Part shown: piece after piece, positions 20,134-30,700 of the stretch
Numbering within the stretch: the stretch's first letter is position 1
Layout of the letters: every line of letters starts with the position of its first letter
Source of the DNA: an uncultured bacterium
GTDB taxonomy: Bacteria; Fidelibacterota; Marinisomatia; Marinisomatales; UBA1611
Direction of reading: 5' to 3'
Assembly (NCBI GenBank): GCA_965660855.1
Contig: CBFIBM010000001.1
Span: 160,001 to 224,000, forward strand
Length of the DNA stretch: 64,000 nucleotides
The notes under the pieces: generated by a model
What the model was told of the DNA's origin: nothing
Seen by the model: only the letters and a program-made list of their open reading frames with translations
The model's database searches: none
Program-made: the position numbers and the translations under genes

Positions 20134-20700
20134 TTAAAAGTCTATATTAATTGCTTCTTTTTTGTTATCATTCTTTCTCTCATATTCAAAAGCTTCATAT
20201 TCGATATTCTCATTGGTAAAGTAAGATTTGAGAGCTTCTAAATATTCTTCTTCCGTACCATCTCCATAACCTGCACTTTTATGTATTACTTCGCCATTTT
20301 TGTCTATAAGATAAAATGTAGGGTAACCTTTTACATCAAATTGTTTGGCTAATTTAGAAGTTGGATCCAAGGATACATCAAATTTATACTTTCTTTTATT
20401 TATGTATGGCCTTACTTGATTTACTATTTGAGGTTTATTTGAATTGATGGTAAGAACTTTTAAACCAGTCTTACTAAATTTTGAATTAATTTGATCTAAA
20501 TAGCCTAACTGGCGTTCACAATTTGGTCACCACGTTGTCCAGAAATTAATGATCATTGGCCCATCTTGGTTAAAGTCAGACAACTTTGCATATTCTCCGT
20601 TTAACATTTTGATCCTTGCAGTGGGAATTTTATTGTCCTTAAGTGCAAGGCCAACAAAAAAAGACAGGAATACTAATGAAGAAAGAATATGTTTTTTCAT
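20134..20700 (-). CDS. Predicted selenoprotein: TlpA/ResA-like thioredoxin-fold oxidoreductase with a U-P-N-C motif, 188 aa, copy B
   Basis: Manual translation: MKKHILSSLVFLSFFVGLALKDNKIPTARIKMLNGEYAKLSDFNQDGPMIINFWTTW-TGA-PNCERQLGYLDQINSKFSKTGLKVLTINSN...LDPTSKLAKQFDVKGYPTFYLIDKNG...NIDF-TAA. TGA at 20527-20529 (codon 58). The ORF track shows only the last 78 aa. Confidence 0.9.
20497..20529 (-). promoter_or_regulatory. UGA plus candidate bacterial SECIS element, copy B
   Basis: mRNA UGA-CCAAAUUG-UGAA-C-GCC-AGUUA-GGC-UA-UUUA. Positions 20497-20522 are identical to 19361-19386. Confidence 0.7.
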
Positions 20701-20820
20701 AATTAATGTTAAAATTATAATTTTAATCTTTAAAAATTACTATAAAATCATTTTAAATATAACTTTATTTCTTGTAAATAAATAATGGAAGAGAATACTT
20801 TTTAATCATTAATATTATAG

Positions 20821-22029
20821 ATGGATTTGTGTATCAGTCTAATCAGAAATATTGTAAAGCATAATATACTAGCTTTACTGTTTATTATAATGCACGATCA
20901 AACCTTTGGATGTCGTTTATGGTCAATTTGTACTAAAAATAATAAAAGTATTTCTCAATTGCCATATGAAGAAAAAGACTTGGTTTATAATCAATTAAAC
21001 TCATTTTTTTTACAATCAAATATGATGAATAATGGATGGTCGTTATTAGACTATCCTGATAGTACATCTAATTTTATAACACCGATAATTAGATCTGAAA
21101 CCAAAGCTTATATTGATTCAGTACGATATTGGGCAGTAGTAGACTCTTTATTACTCAATGGTTCTGGTAAAATTGGAATGGGGCATTTACGACTTGCCTC
21201 TTCTGGAATTAATAGTATCCCAAATCCACATCCTTGGATGTTTTATAGAAACCAAAAATCTTACGCAATGATGCATAATGGAACTATTGATAAAAACGTA
21301 TTATACAATCTTATTACAAACAATGGCTCCGATATCACTTGGTTGCAAAATCACGAGCCGGAAACTTTTGATGGTTCTGATTGGCAGAGTGATGGTTGGG
21401 TTCAGGTGGTTGATTCAGAATTACTAATGCTTTTTATCATGCAGCAAGTTGAAAATGAAAATGATATATATTTAGGACTACAATTAGCACTTTCAAATTT
21501 GATGTCTCAAGGGGTTGTGGCTCATCAATTAAATTTAATTCTTTCCGATGGGAGCTTTCTTTACTGTTTTGGTGGTAGCAATGGTCTCTCTTATGCGGAA
21601 TCTTCTGATCATTATGCTGTTATGACGCAGCCTGAAAACAGTGGTCTATTAACTTGGACTGGATTAAATAATGGTGAGTTAGTAGTTATCAGTGATAATG
21701 GTTTAGAAAAATATCCAGATTTTATACAATTAGCCAATCAAGATGGTGTCCTCATACCTCGAAATCCTATTATTATGACACCAGCATTTCCTAATCCATT
21801 TAATAGTTCTTTACAGTTCTCATTTGAAAATATTCAAGATACCCCAATTATAAATATATCTATATACAATATACTTGGAAATCTTGTTGATACCATATCT
21901 AAAGAAAATATTAGAGAAAATGATTTCATTAGATGGAGTCCGCCCTTGGGAACAGCATCTGGAACCTATTATATACATGCAAAAATTAAGAATTCTAAAT
22001 TAAATCAGAAGATTTTGTTTATAAAATGA
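20821..22029 (+). CDS. Class II glutamine amidotransferase-like (EgtC/YafJ-type Ntn hydrolase) with N-terminal leader and C-terminal sorting domain
   Basis: CRLW, NGW, GHLRLASSG, NPHPW, MHNGTI, DSE; C-terminal AFPNPFN...ASGTYY...QKILFIK. Confidence 0.8.
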   Translation: MDLCISLIRNIVKHNILALLFIIMHDQTFGCRLWSICTKNNKSISQLPYEEKDLVYNQLNSFFLQSNMMNNGWSLLDYPDSTSNFITPIIRSETKAYIDSVRYWAVVDSLLLNGSGKIGMGHLRLASSGINSIPNPHPWMFYRNQKSYAMMHNGTIDKNVLYNLITNNGSDITWLQNHEPETFDGSDWQSDGWVQVVDSELLMLFIMQQVENENDIYLGLQLALSNLMSQGVVAHQLNLILSDGSFLYCFGGSNGLSYAESSDHYAVMTQPENSGLLTWTGLNNGELVVISDNGLEKYPDFIQLANQDGVLIPRNPIIMTPAFPNPFNSSLQFSFENIQDTPIINISIYNILGNLVDTISKENIRENDFIRWSPPLGTASGTYYIHAKIKNSKLNQKILFIK

Positions 22030-22088
22030 TTTATTTTTCTTAAATTTGTAGGCTTTACCCTAAAAAATAAATTCAATAACACCGAATA

Positions 22089-23063
22089 TTGGAGACCATT
22101 AAATTGGCAAAAAAAGATACAGAAACGAAAGATATAGAGAAGAAAAAAATAGAAGCAGCTGAAAATGCAGCAGCTGAAAAAGCTGCTCTTGAACTTGAAG
22201 CCGCCCAGAAAAAGAAAAAGGGAAAACCGAGTAAAGTATCAAGTGGTAGTATAAGTATGTACCTTGCTGAAATTGGAAAGTTTAATCCACTTCCTCCTGA
22301 AAGAGAAGTCGAACTTGCTATTCGTATACAAAATAATGATGAAAAAGCAATGAAAGAACTTGTGGAAGCAAATTTGAGGTTTGTAGTCTCCGTTGCAAAA
22401 AAGTACCAAGGAAATGGACTTTCTCTTGCGGATATTATTAATGAAGGGAATATGGGGTTGATTAAGGCTGCTAAACGATTTGACCATACGAGAGGTTTTA
22501 AGTTTATCTCCTATGCTGTGTGGTGGATCAGACAATCAATTCTACAGGCATTAGCAGAACAATCACGTCTCATCAGATTGCCACTTAATAGAGTCGGTAC
22601 TATTACTAAAATTACAAGAGCCGCGGAAAAATTAGAAGCAGAAGTCGAACGCCAACCCAAAGGTGATGAGATTGGTGCTCAATTAGAAATGAGTGGAGAT
22701 GAAGTACTAATGGCTATGCAATATTCACGTAGACATAGTTCTTTGAATTCTCCATTTCAAGAAGGCGAAAATAGTAGCTTGCTAGATATTATTGAAGATT
22801 CAGAAGCTGAAGAACCTGAAGCAAAGATAATGATGGAGTCCATGAGTGAGGAGGTCACTGGAGCACTGGATACCCTATCTGAAAGAGAACGAATTGTTCT
22901 TGAGATGTATTTTGGCATCAATAGAGATAGTGCTATGACTTTAAATGAAATTGGTGAAGAATTTGATCTTACCAGGGAAAGGGTTAGGCAAATTAAAGAA
23001 AAAGCAATTCAAAGATTACGCCATAGATCTAGAAGTAAAAATCTTCGAAGATATTTAGGCTAG
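22089..23063 (+). CDS. rpoD: RNA polymerase sigma-70 factor, RpoD/SigA family, short form (likely start TTG 22104)
   Basis: YLAEIG, ANLRFVVSVAKKY, DIINEGNMGL, KFISYAVWWIRQ, TLNEIGEEFDLTRERVRQIKEKA; GGAG at 22091. Confidence 0.85.
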   Translation: METIKLAKKDTETKDIEKKKIEAAENAAAEKAALELEAAQKKKKGKPSKVSSGSISMYLAEIGKFNPLPPEREVELAIRIQNNDEKAMKELVEANLRFVVSVAKKYQGNGLSLADIINEGNMGLIKAAKRFDHTRGFKFISYAVWWIRQSILQALAEQSRLIRLPLNRVGTITKITRAAEKLEAEVERQPKGDEIGAQLEMSGDEVLMAMQYSRRHSSLNSPFQEGENSSLLDIIEDSEAEEPEAKIMMESMSEEVTGALDTLSERERIVLEMYFGINRDSAMTLNEIGEEFDLTRERVRQIKEKAIQRLRHRSRSKNLRRYLG

Positions 23064-23068
23064 ATTAG

Positions 23069-23098
23069 AAAAAAGGGCTTTTAAGCCCTTTTTTTTTT
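23069..23098 (+). terminator. Intrinsic terminator
   Basis: AAAAAAGGGCT-TTTA-AGCCC followed by T10. Confidence 0.9.
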
Positions 23099-23129
23099 AT
23101 AAAAACTACAAAGTTAAGGTTCCCATATA

Positions 23130-24572
23130 ATGAGCATGCGAAAAAAAATAGGATTGATACTTGGGCCTGTTATTTTTATTTTTTTTCTCTTAATCCCTGC
23201 TCCTGAAGGAATGAACCCACTTGGAATGAGGGCTGTTGCCGTTGCTTTCTTAATGGCAATTTTTTGGGTTACCGAAGCCATCTCGATTTTTGCAACATCG
23301 TTTTTACCTCTAGCATTATACCCATTACTTGGGATACTTGATTCCAAGCAATTAGCCGCTAGTTACGGACACCATATTGTAATCTTAATTCTTGGTGCAT
23401 TTTTCGTAGCAAAGGCTATCGAATCAAATAATTTGCATAAGCGAATAGCCCTTTTTACAATTAAACTAATTGGCACCAGTCGATCTAGTATAATTTTTAG
23501 TTTTATGATTGCTACAGGGTTTTTATCCATGTGGACATCCAATAATTCAACAACATTAATGATGTTACCTATCGGGCTTGCAATCATATATAGAGAAAGA
23601 GACCTTGGAGCTGATATATCTGGTTTTGCACCAGCATTAATGCTAGGAATTGCCTATTCGGCTAGTATTGGTGGCACCGGTACCCTAGTTGGAACACCAC
23701 CAAATTTAATTTTTGTTAGCACCGTCCAAGAAATTTTTCCTGAGTCACCGCCAATTTTATTTACTGACTGGTTAAAAATTGGTATTCCATTTGTGATTGT
23801 ATTCTTACCTATTGCTTGCTTATATCTGGTGAAAATATTTAAGGTGAGTGGGAGTCTATATGGTGATTCTAATGTGATTGATATGGAATACAATAAGCTG
23901 GGGCTCATGTCCTCTGCAGAAAAAAAAGTTACGGTAATTGTGCTTTTCTATGCTTTAGGTTTTATCTTCAGAAATCAATGGTCTGAATTTATTGGAGTTG
24001 GTAATTATGTTAAAGATTCCACCGTTGCTATTTTAGCAGCTGTAATTCTGTTTTCTTTTCCCAGTGGTAAGCAAAATGAAATTGGAAAAAAATTACGCCT
24101 TTTAGAATGGGAAGATGCAAAAACAATACCTTGGGGTATCGGAATGTTAATTGGAGGAGGATTGGCAATTGCGTCCTCATTTAAAGCCTCCGGGTTAATT
24201 TTTTGGATTGGAAATAATCTTAATTTAGAGGGTATTCCTTCCCTTATAATTTTATTTTTAATTGTCACCTTCATGGTTTTTCTAACAGAAATAAATTCAA
24301 ATGCTGCTTCAACTGCAATTTTTTTACCTATTTTAGCTGGAATATCAAAAGCAGGTGGATATCATCCCTTCCTTTTAATGGTACCAGCTACGATTGCTGC
24401 ATCTTGCGCATTTATGCTCCCTTCTGGTACAGGACCAAATGCAAGTATCTTAGCAAGTGGTCAATTGAAGATACCTCAAATGGCAAAAGCTGGATTCGGG
24501 TTAAACCTAATAGCAATTCTTCTGATAATAATTTTGACCTATACGGTTATAATGCCTTCCCTTGATATTTAA
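23130..24572 (+). CDS. SLC13/DASS sodium:dicarboxylate or sulfate symporter
   Basis: WVTEAI, LHKRIAL, SMWTSN, IGGTGTLVGTPPN, LTEINSN, AFMLPSGTGPN. Confidence 0.92.
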   Translation: MSMRKKIGLILGPVIFIFFLLIPAPEGMNPLGMRAVAVAFLMAIFWVTEAISIFATSFLPLALYPLLGILDSKQLAASYGHHIVILILGAFFVAKAIESNNLHKRIALFTIKLIGTSRSSIIFSFMIATGFLSMWTSNNSTTLMMLPIGLAIIYRERDLGADISGFAPALMLGIAYSASIGGTGTLVGTPPNLIFVSTVQEIFPESPPILFTDWLKIGIPFVIVFLPIACLYLVKIFKVSGSLYGDSNVIDMEYNKLGLMSSAEKKVTVIVLFYALGFIFRNQWSEFIGVGNYVKDSTVAILAAVILFSFPSGKQNEIGKKLRLLEWEDAKTIPWGIGMLIGGGLAIASSFKASGLIFWIGNNLNLEGIPSLIILFLIVTFMVFLTEINSNAASTAIFLPILAGISKAGGYHPFLLMVPATIAASCAFMLPSGTGPNASILASGQLKIPQMAKAGFGLNLIAILLIIILTYTVIMPSLDI

Positions 24573-24615
24573 ATGATGATTTAATGTGTTTTTTATCACG
24601 TTGTAACATTATTAC

Positions 24616-24644
24616 TTGTTCTGCATAATTTTGCTCTTTATATT
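24616..24644 (+). promoter_or_regulatory. Candidate sigma-70 promoter for the 2074-aa gene
   Basis: TTGTTC-17 nt-TATATT; strong RBS GGAGG before ATG 24755. Confidence 0.35.
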
Positions 24645-24754
24645 GAGGGGCATCCATTACAAAGCTTTTTTTTTTATTTTGTAACAGTGCATCCACATAC
24701 CTACCGCAGTAAAATAAAAGTAGTACAAAAAATAAACTAAACTTGGAGGTTTAG

Positions 24755-27700
24755 ATGCAAAGAGCGATAATAACATTGCTCATGTTGTCTTTTGGCGTAA
24801 GTTTGTATGCAAATGATACAGCACCTCGTCAAAAGGGCGATTCTTTTCAGTATGGATTACCTACTTACAAAAGTCCTGAGAATAGAACGGAAGAATATGA
24901 GCTATACATGGTTGATACCTATGGTGATGGTTGGGACGGTTCCACCTTAGATCTTAACATGAATGGAGTGTCAGTTGCGACTGGATTGACTGTTGATGGA
25001 GAATCTAACAGTTTTTACTTTAATGCTGACGATTATGATTATTTAACCACTGGATTTACCATCAGTACTAGCTGGGCTAGTGAGTTATACTATGGTATCT
25101 ACGATTCAGAAGGCTACCTTCTTTATGATGGTTATGGAAATAGTGCTGAAGTTGATATCAGCTCTCATCCAGACATGACCACGCAATGGACAATAGATTC
25201 CAGTGAAGAAAATGTATTTCATAATCCTAGTTTTGAAGCAGGCATTGCAACCTGGGATAGACATCCTGACTATGATTGGGCAATTGCAACTACAGGAGAG
25301 GGAATTTATAACTCTGATGCAACATTTACTGCGTACAGTGGGGATAATTCTTTTAAAATGTGGGCTTCATGGACCGGGCTTGAAAATAATGTTTTCAAAG
25401 TTTTTGAAGGAGATATTGCAGCTCAATTAGCGGGTGAAACTTTCACTATTTCAGCTCACATGATGAGTCATGCTGATGATTTGTTAGGTGAAGGAACTCA
25501 CGCTAAATTAGTTGCAAAATATTTTGGACCTGGACCAAATGGCGATGGATCGAACTGGTGGGAGACATTTATGTTCATGGATGAGTCCGAATATTTAGTG
25601 GGTTCATTAGCTACAGCAACAGAGTGGACAGAATACTCTCTAACAACCACTATACCTGAAGGGGCATATCACATTGAAATTGGCTTTACTCTTAAAAAAG
25701 ATGCTGATGGAGGTGGCTCTGTGTATGTGGATAACCTCATTGGAGATTGGGTAGAACCAGTTGAGGTTATTGAAAATGTTTATTTTTCAGAATATGCTGA
25801 AGGTTCAAGTAATAATAAATATTTAGAAATTTTTAACGGTACCGGAGCGGCGATTGATTTAGCAGATTTCGTTGTTTTAGGTAACTACAATGGTAACGGA
25901 TGGTCAGAAACAATTCCATTTGCAGTTGGTACAATCGTAGAAGCAGGTGATGTTTATGTTATCGCAAATAGCTCAGCAGATGAAGCTATTTTAGCGGAAG
26001 CAGACGTCGCATTTGGTTATGGAGCCTACGATCCAGAAGCTGGCACGGCATATGTCACCTCATTTAATGGTGATGATGTAAGAGCACTAGCGATGGCAGG
26101 AGATCCTTCTCTTATTGTGGATCAAATTGGTACTCTAGATTTTGATGGAGATGGTATTGAAGGTGAAGGAAATGAAGATGATCCAGGCAGTGGTTTTGAT
26201 GCTGCAGGTGTTTCTGATGCAACAAAAGATCATACATTAACTAGAAAGCCAGGTATGCTTGGTGGAAATATGGGCAACTGGAGTCAGTCTGCCGGAACCG
26301 ATGCTGAAACCAGTGAATATGTCGTCCTAGATCAAAATGATTGGACTAGCTTAGGTTCTCACAGCAATGAGGTTGTAGAAGTTTGTGATTTCACGGAAGT
26401 AACACTTAATATCGCAGATTCTTACGGTGATGGTTGGAATGGAAACATCCTCACTGTTGGTGATCTTAACTTTACATTGGATGGAGTTGCCGATGATGGT
26501 TCTTCTGCCAGTTTTGATTTGTGTCTAGAAGATGGTGCTTACGCAGTAACCTGTGGAGGTGGAAGCTATCTATCAGAAGTAAGCTGGGAAATGTTAGCCG
26601 CAGATGGCACGGTTCTTCTTGCTGGTGGTGCGCCATATGAAGGATTCCTTCAAATTGGTGAAGTAGTAGATGTGCTAGGTTGTACAGATCCAGAAGCATT
26701 AAATTATGATGAAACAGCAACACTCGACGATGGTACTTGTGTTTATGCAGGTGAGGATTGTGCAACGGCATTAGTCGCTGCAGCCGGTTCAAATGAAGCA
26801 CCAAGTGCTCCATTCTGGTATACTTATACTGCAACGTTAACTGGAACTGCAACAATTTCTTCTGTTGGTGGTGGAGTTGATACTCAAGTTTACGGTTATA
26901 CTGGGGCATGTGATGCACTTGTAGAAGTTGGATTTGGTGATGATGAGGGTGGGGGACCTGAGTGGTCATCCATCATGGTCCTTGATGTAGTAGAGGGTGA
27001 ATCTTACTATATAAATTGGACTGATTATTGGTCACCATCTGGTTTTGTATGGACCTTAGAGGAAGCACTTTATCCTGTAACTCCACAAAACCTTACAGCT
27101 GAAGCTGGAATGGATAACGTATATCTAGCCTGGGATGCTGCTGAACCTGTTGGACGATCATTCGTTGAGATACAAAATGATAGACAAGCAAGAGCTGAAT
27201 ATCAAGCTGAGAAAAAAGCGAGTCTTTATCCAAATAGATCAACAGAAGTACATCTTAATAGATATAGCATTAATCCAGATTATGATCCTGAATTCAATAA
27301 CACCAGAACTAATAATGTAGTGATTAATTTAGGTGGTGGAACTTGGGATTCAGAGATTTCATGGAATATCACCAATTCAGAGGGAACTGTGGTTGCCGAA
27401 GGTGGTGCCCCAATAGAGAACTTAGAATTGGTCCTTGAAGATGGTACATATAACTTTAATGGTTTTGATTCCTATGGTGATGGATGGAATGGAAGTGCTG
27501 TGACTGCGACAAATGCAACACAAGTATTTCTTTTCTGGTGGTTAGATACCGGCTCAGAGGGCACTGCAGAGTTTGCAGTTAACGATGGTGCTGCAAATTT
27601 ATATCTTTCCAATATAAATTATGATCAAGATACTCAAATGATGAGTGTTGATGTGAACAACGATGGTACACTATGGGCCTATGGTGGCGACGTAGCTCCG

Positions 27701-30700
27701 TTTATTGGATCTGTTCCAAATGGAGATTGTCAAGAACCTGGTTCAATTGGACAATCTGTTCCACAGCCACTTGCGCCTGGGTCGTCTTATAATTTTGCAT
27801 TTGATATCGATTTAGTAGATATTCTTGGATATGGTGTGCATCCAGTAGGTGCTATGGTTGATTGGTCTTGTGCAGTCCCAGAACTGGATGAGAATGATAA
27901 CACTATTGGGGGAGAGATAACTCTTGTTGATCCATTAGATGGTATTACCTTCTCAGTTTACAGAGAGGATGCTGCTTCCGGTACATATGCTTTAGTTGTA
28001 TCAGGTCTTGAATCTGAAATGTTTTTGGATGAATCAGTAGTCGGCGGTACGGGTTATTGTTATTATGTGACTCAAACAGCTGCAGAAGTTGAATCTGGTG
28101 CATCTAATATTGCATGTGCAACTCCATATGGTTCAGATGCTTTTCCAGCTCCTACAGCATTAGCAGGTGAAGCGGATGGATATGATGTGATGCTTTCTTG
28201 GACAGCTCCTGATTTAACAGGCTGGGAGCCTCCTAGGCACAATTCACGATTTGCTCCTTCCATGAACAAACCGATGACTCATACCCCTTCCAATACAGAA
28301 CATACAACACCTCCAGCTACAAGACAGGGTGGAGATACTTTTGAAACTGCTACAGTAATAGATGCACTACCTTACGTAGATAATGGATCTACAGTAGGAC
28401 TTGCTGCAGACTATGGACCATATGCAGACTTAACCACTTTAGTTTGTGAGTTTGGAGATACTTACTATAGTGCAACCTCGACTGCAGCAGGTCCGGATGC
28501 AGTGTATTCTATAGACCTCGCGGAAGATGCATTCGTAAATATTTCCCTGTGTGGGTCAGGTTACGACACTGGTCTTGGAGTGTTTAGCTCCGATGGAGTT
28601 CTTGTTGCAGCAAATGATGATTTCTGTTCATTTCAATCAGAGGTTACATGTTCTATGCCTGCTGGAATGTATTATATTGTTGTCAGTGGTTGGGGAACGG
28701 ATGCAGGAGATTATGTGCTTAACGTAGGTACTGTTGACCCTCCATCACCAGTTGCTGGATATAATGTATACAGAGATGGAGAGATGGTTGGTTATGTGGA
28801 AGGTGTAGATGAAACATCTTTTTCAGAATTTGTATACAGCCCTGAGATGCCTGAAGGTGGAACATATACATACGCAGTTTCTGCTTATTATGATGTTCAA
28901 GATGCTTCTTCAGTGCTTTCTGACCCTGTGGATGTAACAACTACTGCTCCACCATTTGAGTGTGTTGCACCAACAAATCTAACAGCTGAAAATCAAGGCA
29001 ACGATGTTATGTTGAGTTGGGATGGACCAGCAGGTGGGCCTACATGGTTTACTCACTTTGATGGAACTGTAAACAGCGGAGTTGGTACAGCGACAGGATT
29101 GTTTAGCTTAGAAGCTGCTGTAAAGTTTGGTCCAGAAACGACCTTAGACTTAATGGGTCTCTCATTAACACAGGTTGCTTTTATGACAAGCGATGTAACA
29201 GCTTTATTTAAAGTCATGATTTATGACCCAGTTTCAATGTTACCGGTTGATTCAACTGATGTTATTGATCCATCAACCTTAATTGTTGGTGATTGGAATA
29301 TTGTTGATTTACCTAATCCAATAGCCTTAGATGGTTCTGAGGTGATGTTTGGTTACAAGGTAACTGTGACTGCAGAGGGAACATATCCTGCTTCAATGGA
29401 TTTACAGTCTGATCATAATGGTATGGATAACTTAATTGCGGGTTTTGGATCACCAATGCAAAGTATGCTTGATGCATACGCTATTGATGGAGGTTGGGCA
29501 ATTGCTGGTTATGCAGATTATGGTCAAGGTCAATCCATTGTTTCATTAGATCCTCCAGTTTTTGACAATGTCATTAACCCTGGAGATTTTGATGTTAGGC
29601 ATCTAGCGAATCCGTTAGAAGTCTCGTTACCTGTTGAACAGATGAATCGTGCTTTATTGGGTTATCATGTTTACAGAAATGATACCACTATTGCAACTGT
29701 ACCACCTTCAGAAACATCATATGATGACTACGATGCTCCATGGGGAACTGTAGAGTATTATGTTACTGCAGAGTATGATGATACGGAAGATTGTGGTGAG
29801 TCTGATCCTTCAAATGTTGTTTCTATCGATCTAGCAAATAACCCACCTTCTGCGGTGAATTTAATTGCGCCACCAAATGGTGCAACCTTCACTATTAATG
29901 AAGGTAATATGGATCAGGGCAATATGTTTGTATGGTCACCTTCTAGTGATGCAGATAATGATCCTATCGAGTATTACCTAGGTGTAGAGACTGAAGTTTT
30001 GGGAGATACCTTGGATGAGTGGTTTCCAGAAAACGCACTGCAAAACGGTGACTTTGAAGATGGAACAGATCATTGGTTCTTCTACCCTCCTGAAGCAACA
30101 AACACCTCATATGATGAGGATATGGAAATGCTCATGATTGGTGGACTGAATAGTGGAGATAATACTGAAAATAATGTGTACCAAGAATGGCCAGGAGATG
30201 CCTTACCTGTAGGTACTCACTTTGAAGTATATGGTGAGGTTATGTCCCCAGCTGATGATTTCATTGCTGGAGATAACCACTTTGTATTGTTTGCTAAGTA
30301 TTTTGATTCTAACTGGGGAATGATTCATATGGATCATTCTGAACCAATGAGCGCACAAAATGCAACAGCAGATATGTATCATGAACTGGAATTTGAATCT
30401 ATAGTTCCAGAAGGTGTTGCTGTAATGCAAGTCGGTGCCATGTTTGTACAAGCTACACCGGATCACGGTGGTATGGTAGGAATAGATGAAATATACATGC
30501 ATGTTCCAATGACTGTTACTGGCTTTGAAATATCAAACAGTATGTTTGGTGAATTGATGCTAGAAACTCAAGTTACTAACTTGACTGTGGAATGGGACGT
30601 ATGGGCATTTGATGGTTATGATCCAACTCCATCAACGGGTTCACGTACATTCACGGTGGATGCTAGTGATCTTCTGTCTGTGAATAACATTGCGTTACCA

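Noticed and set aside
19361..20522. 26-nt exact direct repeat as a CRISPR repeat or att site
   Set aside because: There are only two copies, 1.1 kb apart, inside paralogous coding sequences. No cas or integrase gene is present.
18992..20700. Reading the two TlpA-like genes as nonsense pseudogenes, or as evidence of genetic code 4/25
   Set aside because: The TGA sits at the same catalytic Cys position in both diverged copies with no other lesions. TGA terminates many conserved genes in this window and Trp is encoded by TGG.
20549..20785. 78-aa + strand ORF in the track, and the 78-aa 20134..20370 ORF
   Set aside because: The first is the antisense shadow of seleno-TlpA copy B. The second is only the C-terminal part of that gene.
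24645..24754. Leader of the large gene (GCATCCA twice, TTACAAA/TTTGTAA) as a riboswitch
   Set aside because: No known riboswitch consensus was recognised and the pairing is weak and AT-rich.
26472..30502. Several antisense ORFs (up to 165 aa, His/Gln-rich) within the 2074-aa gene, and similar short shadows elsewhere
   Set aside because: They are fully nested opposite well-supported genes and have no recognisable motifs or RBS.
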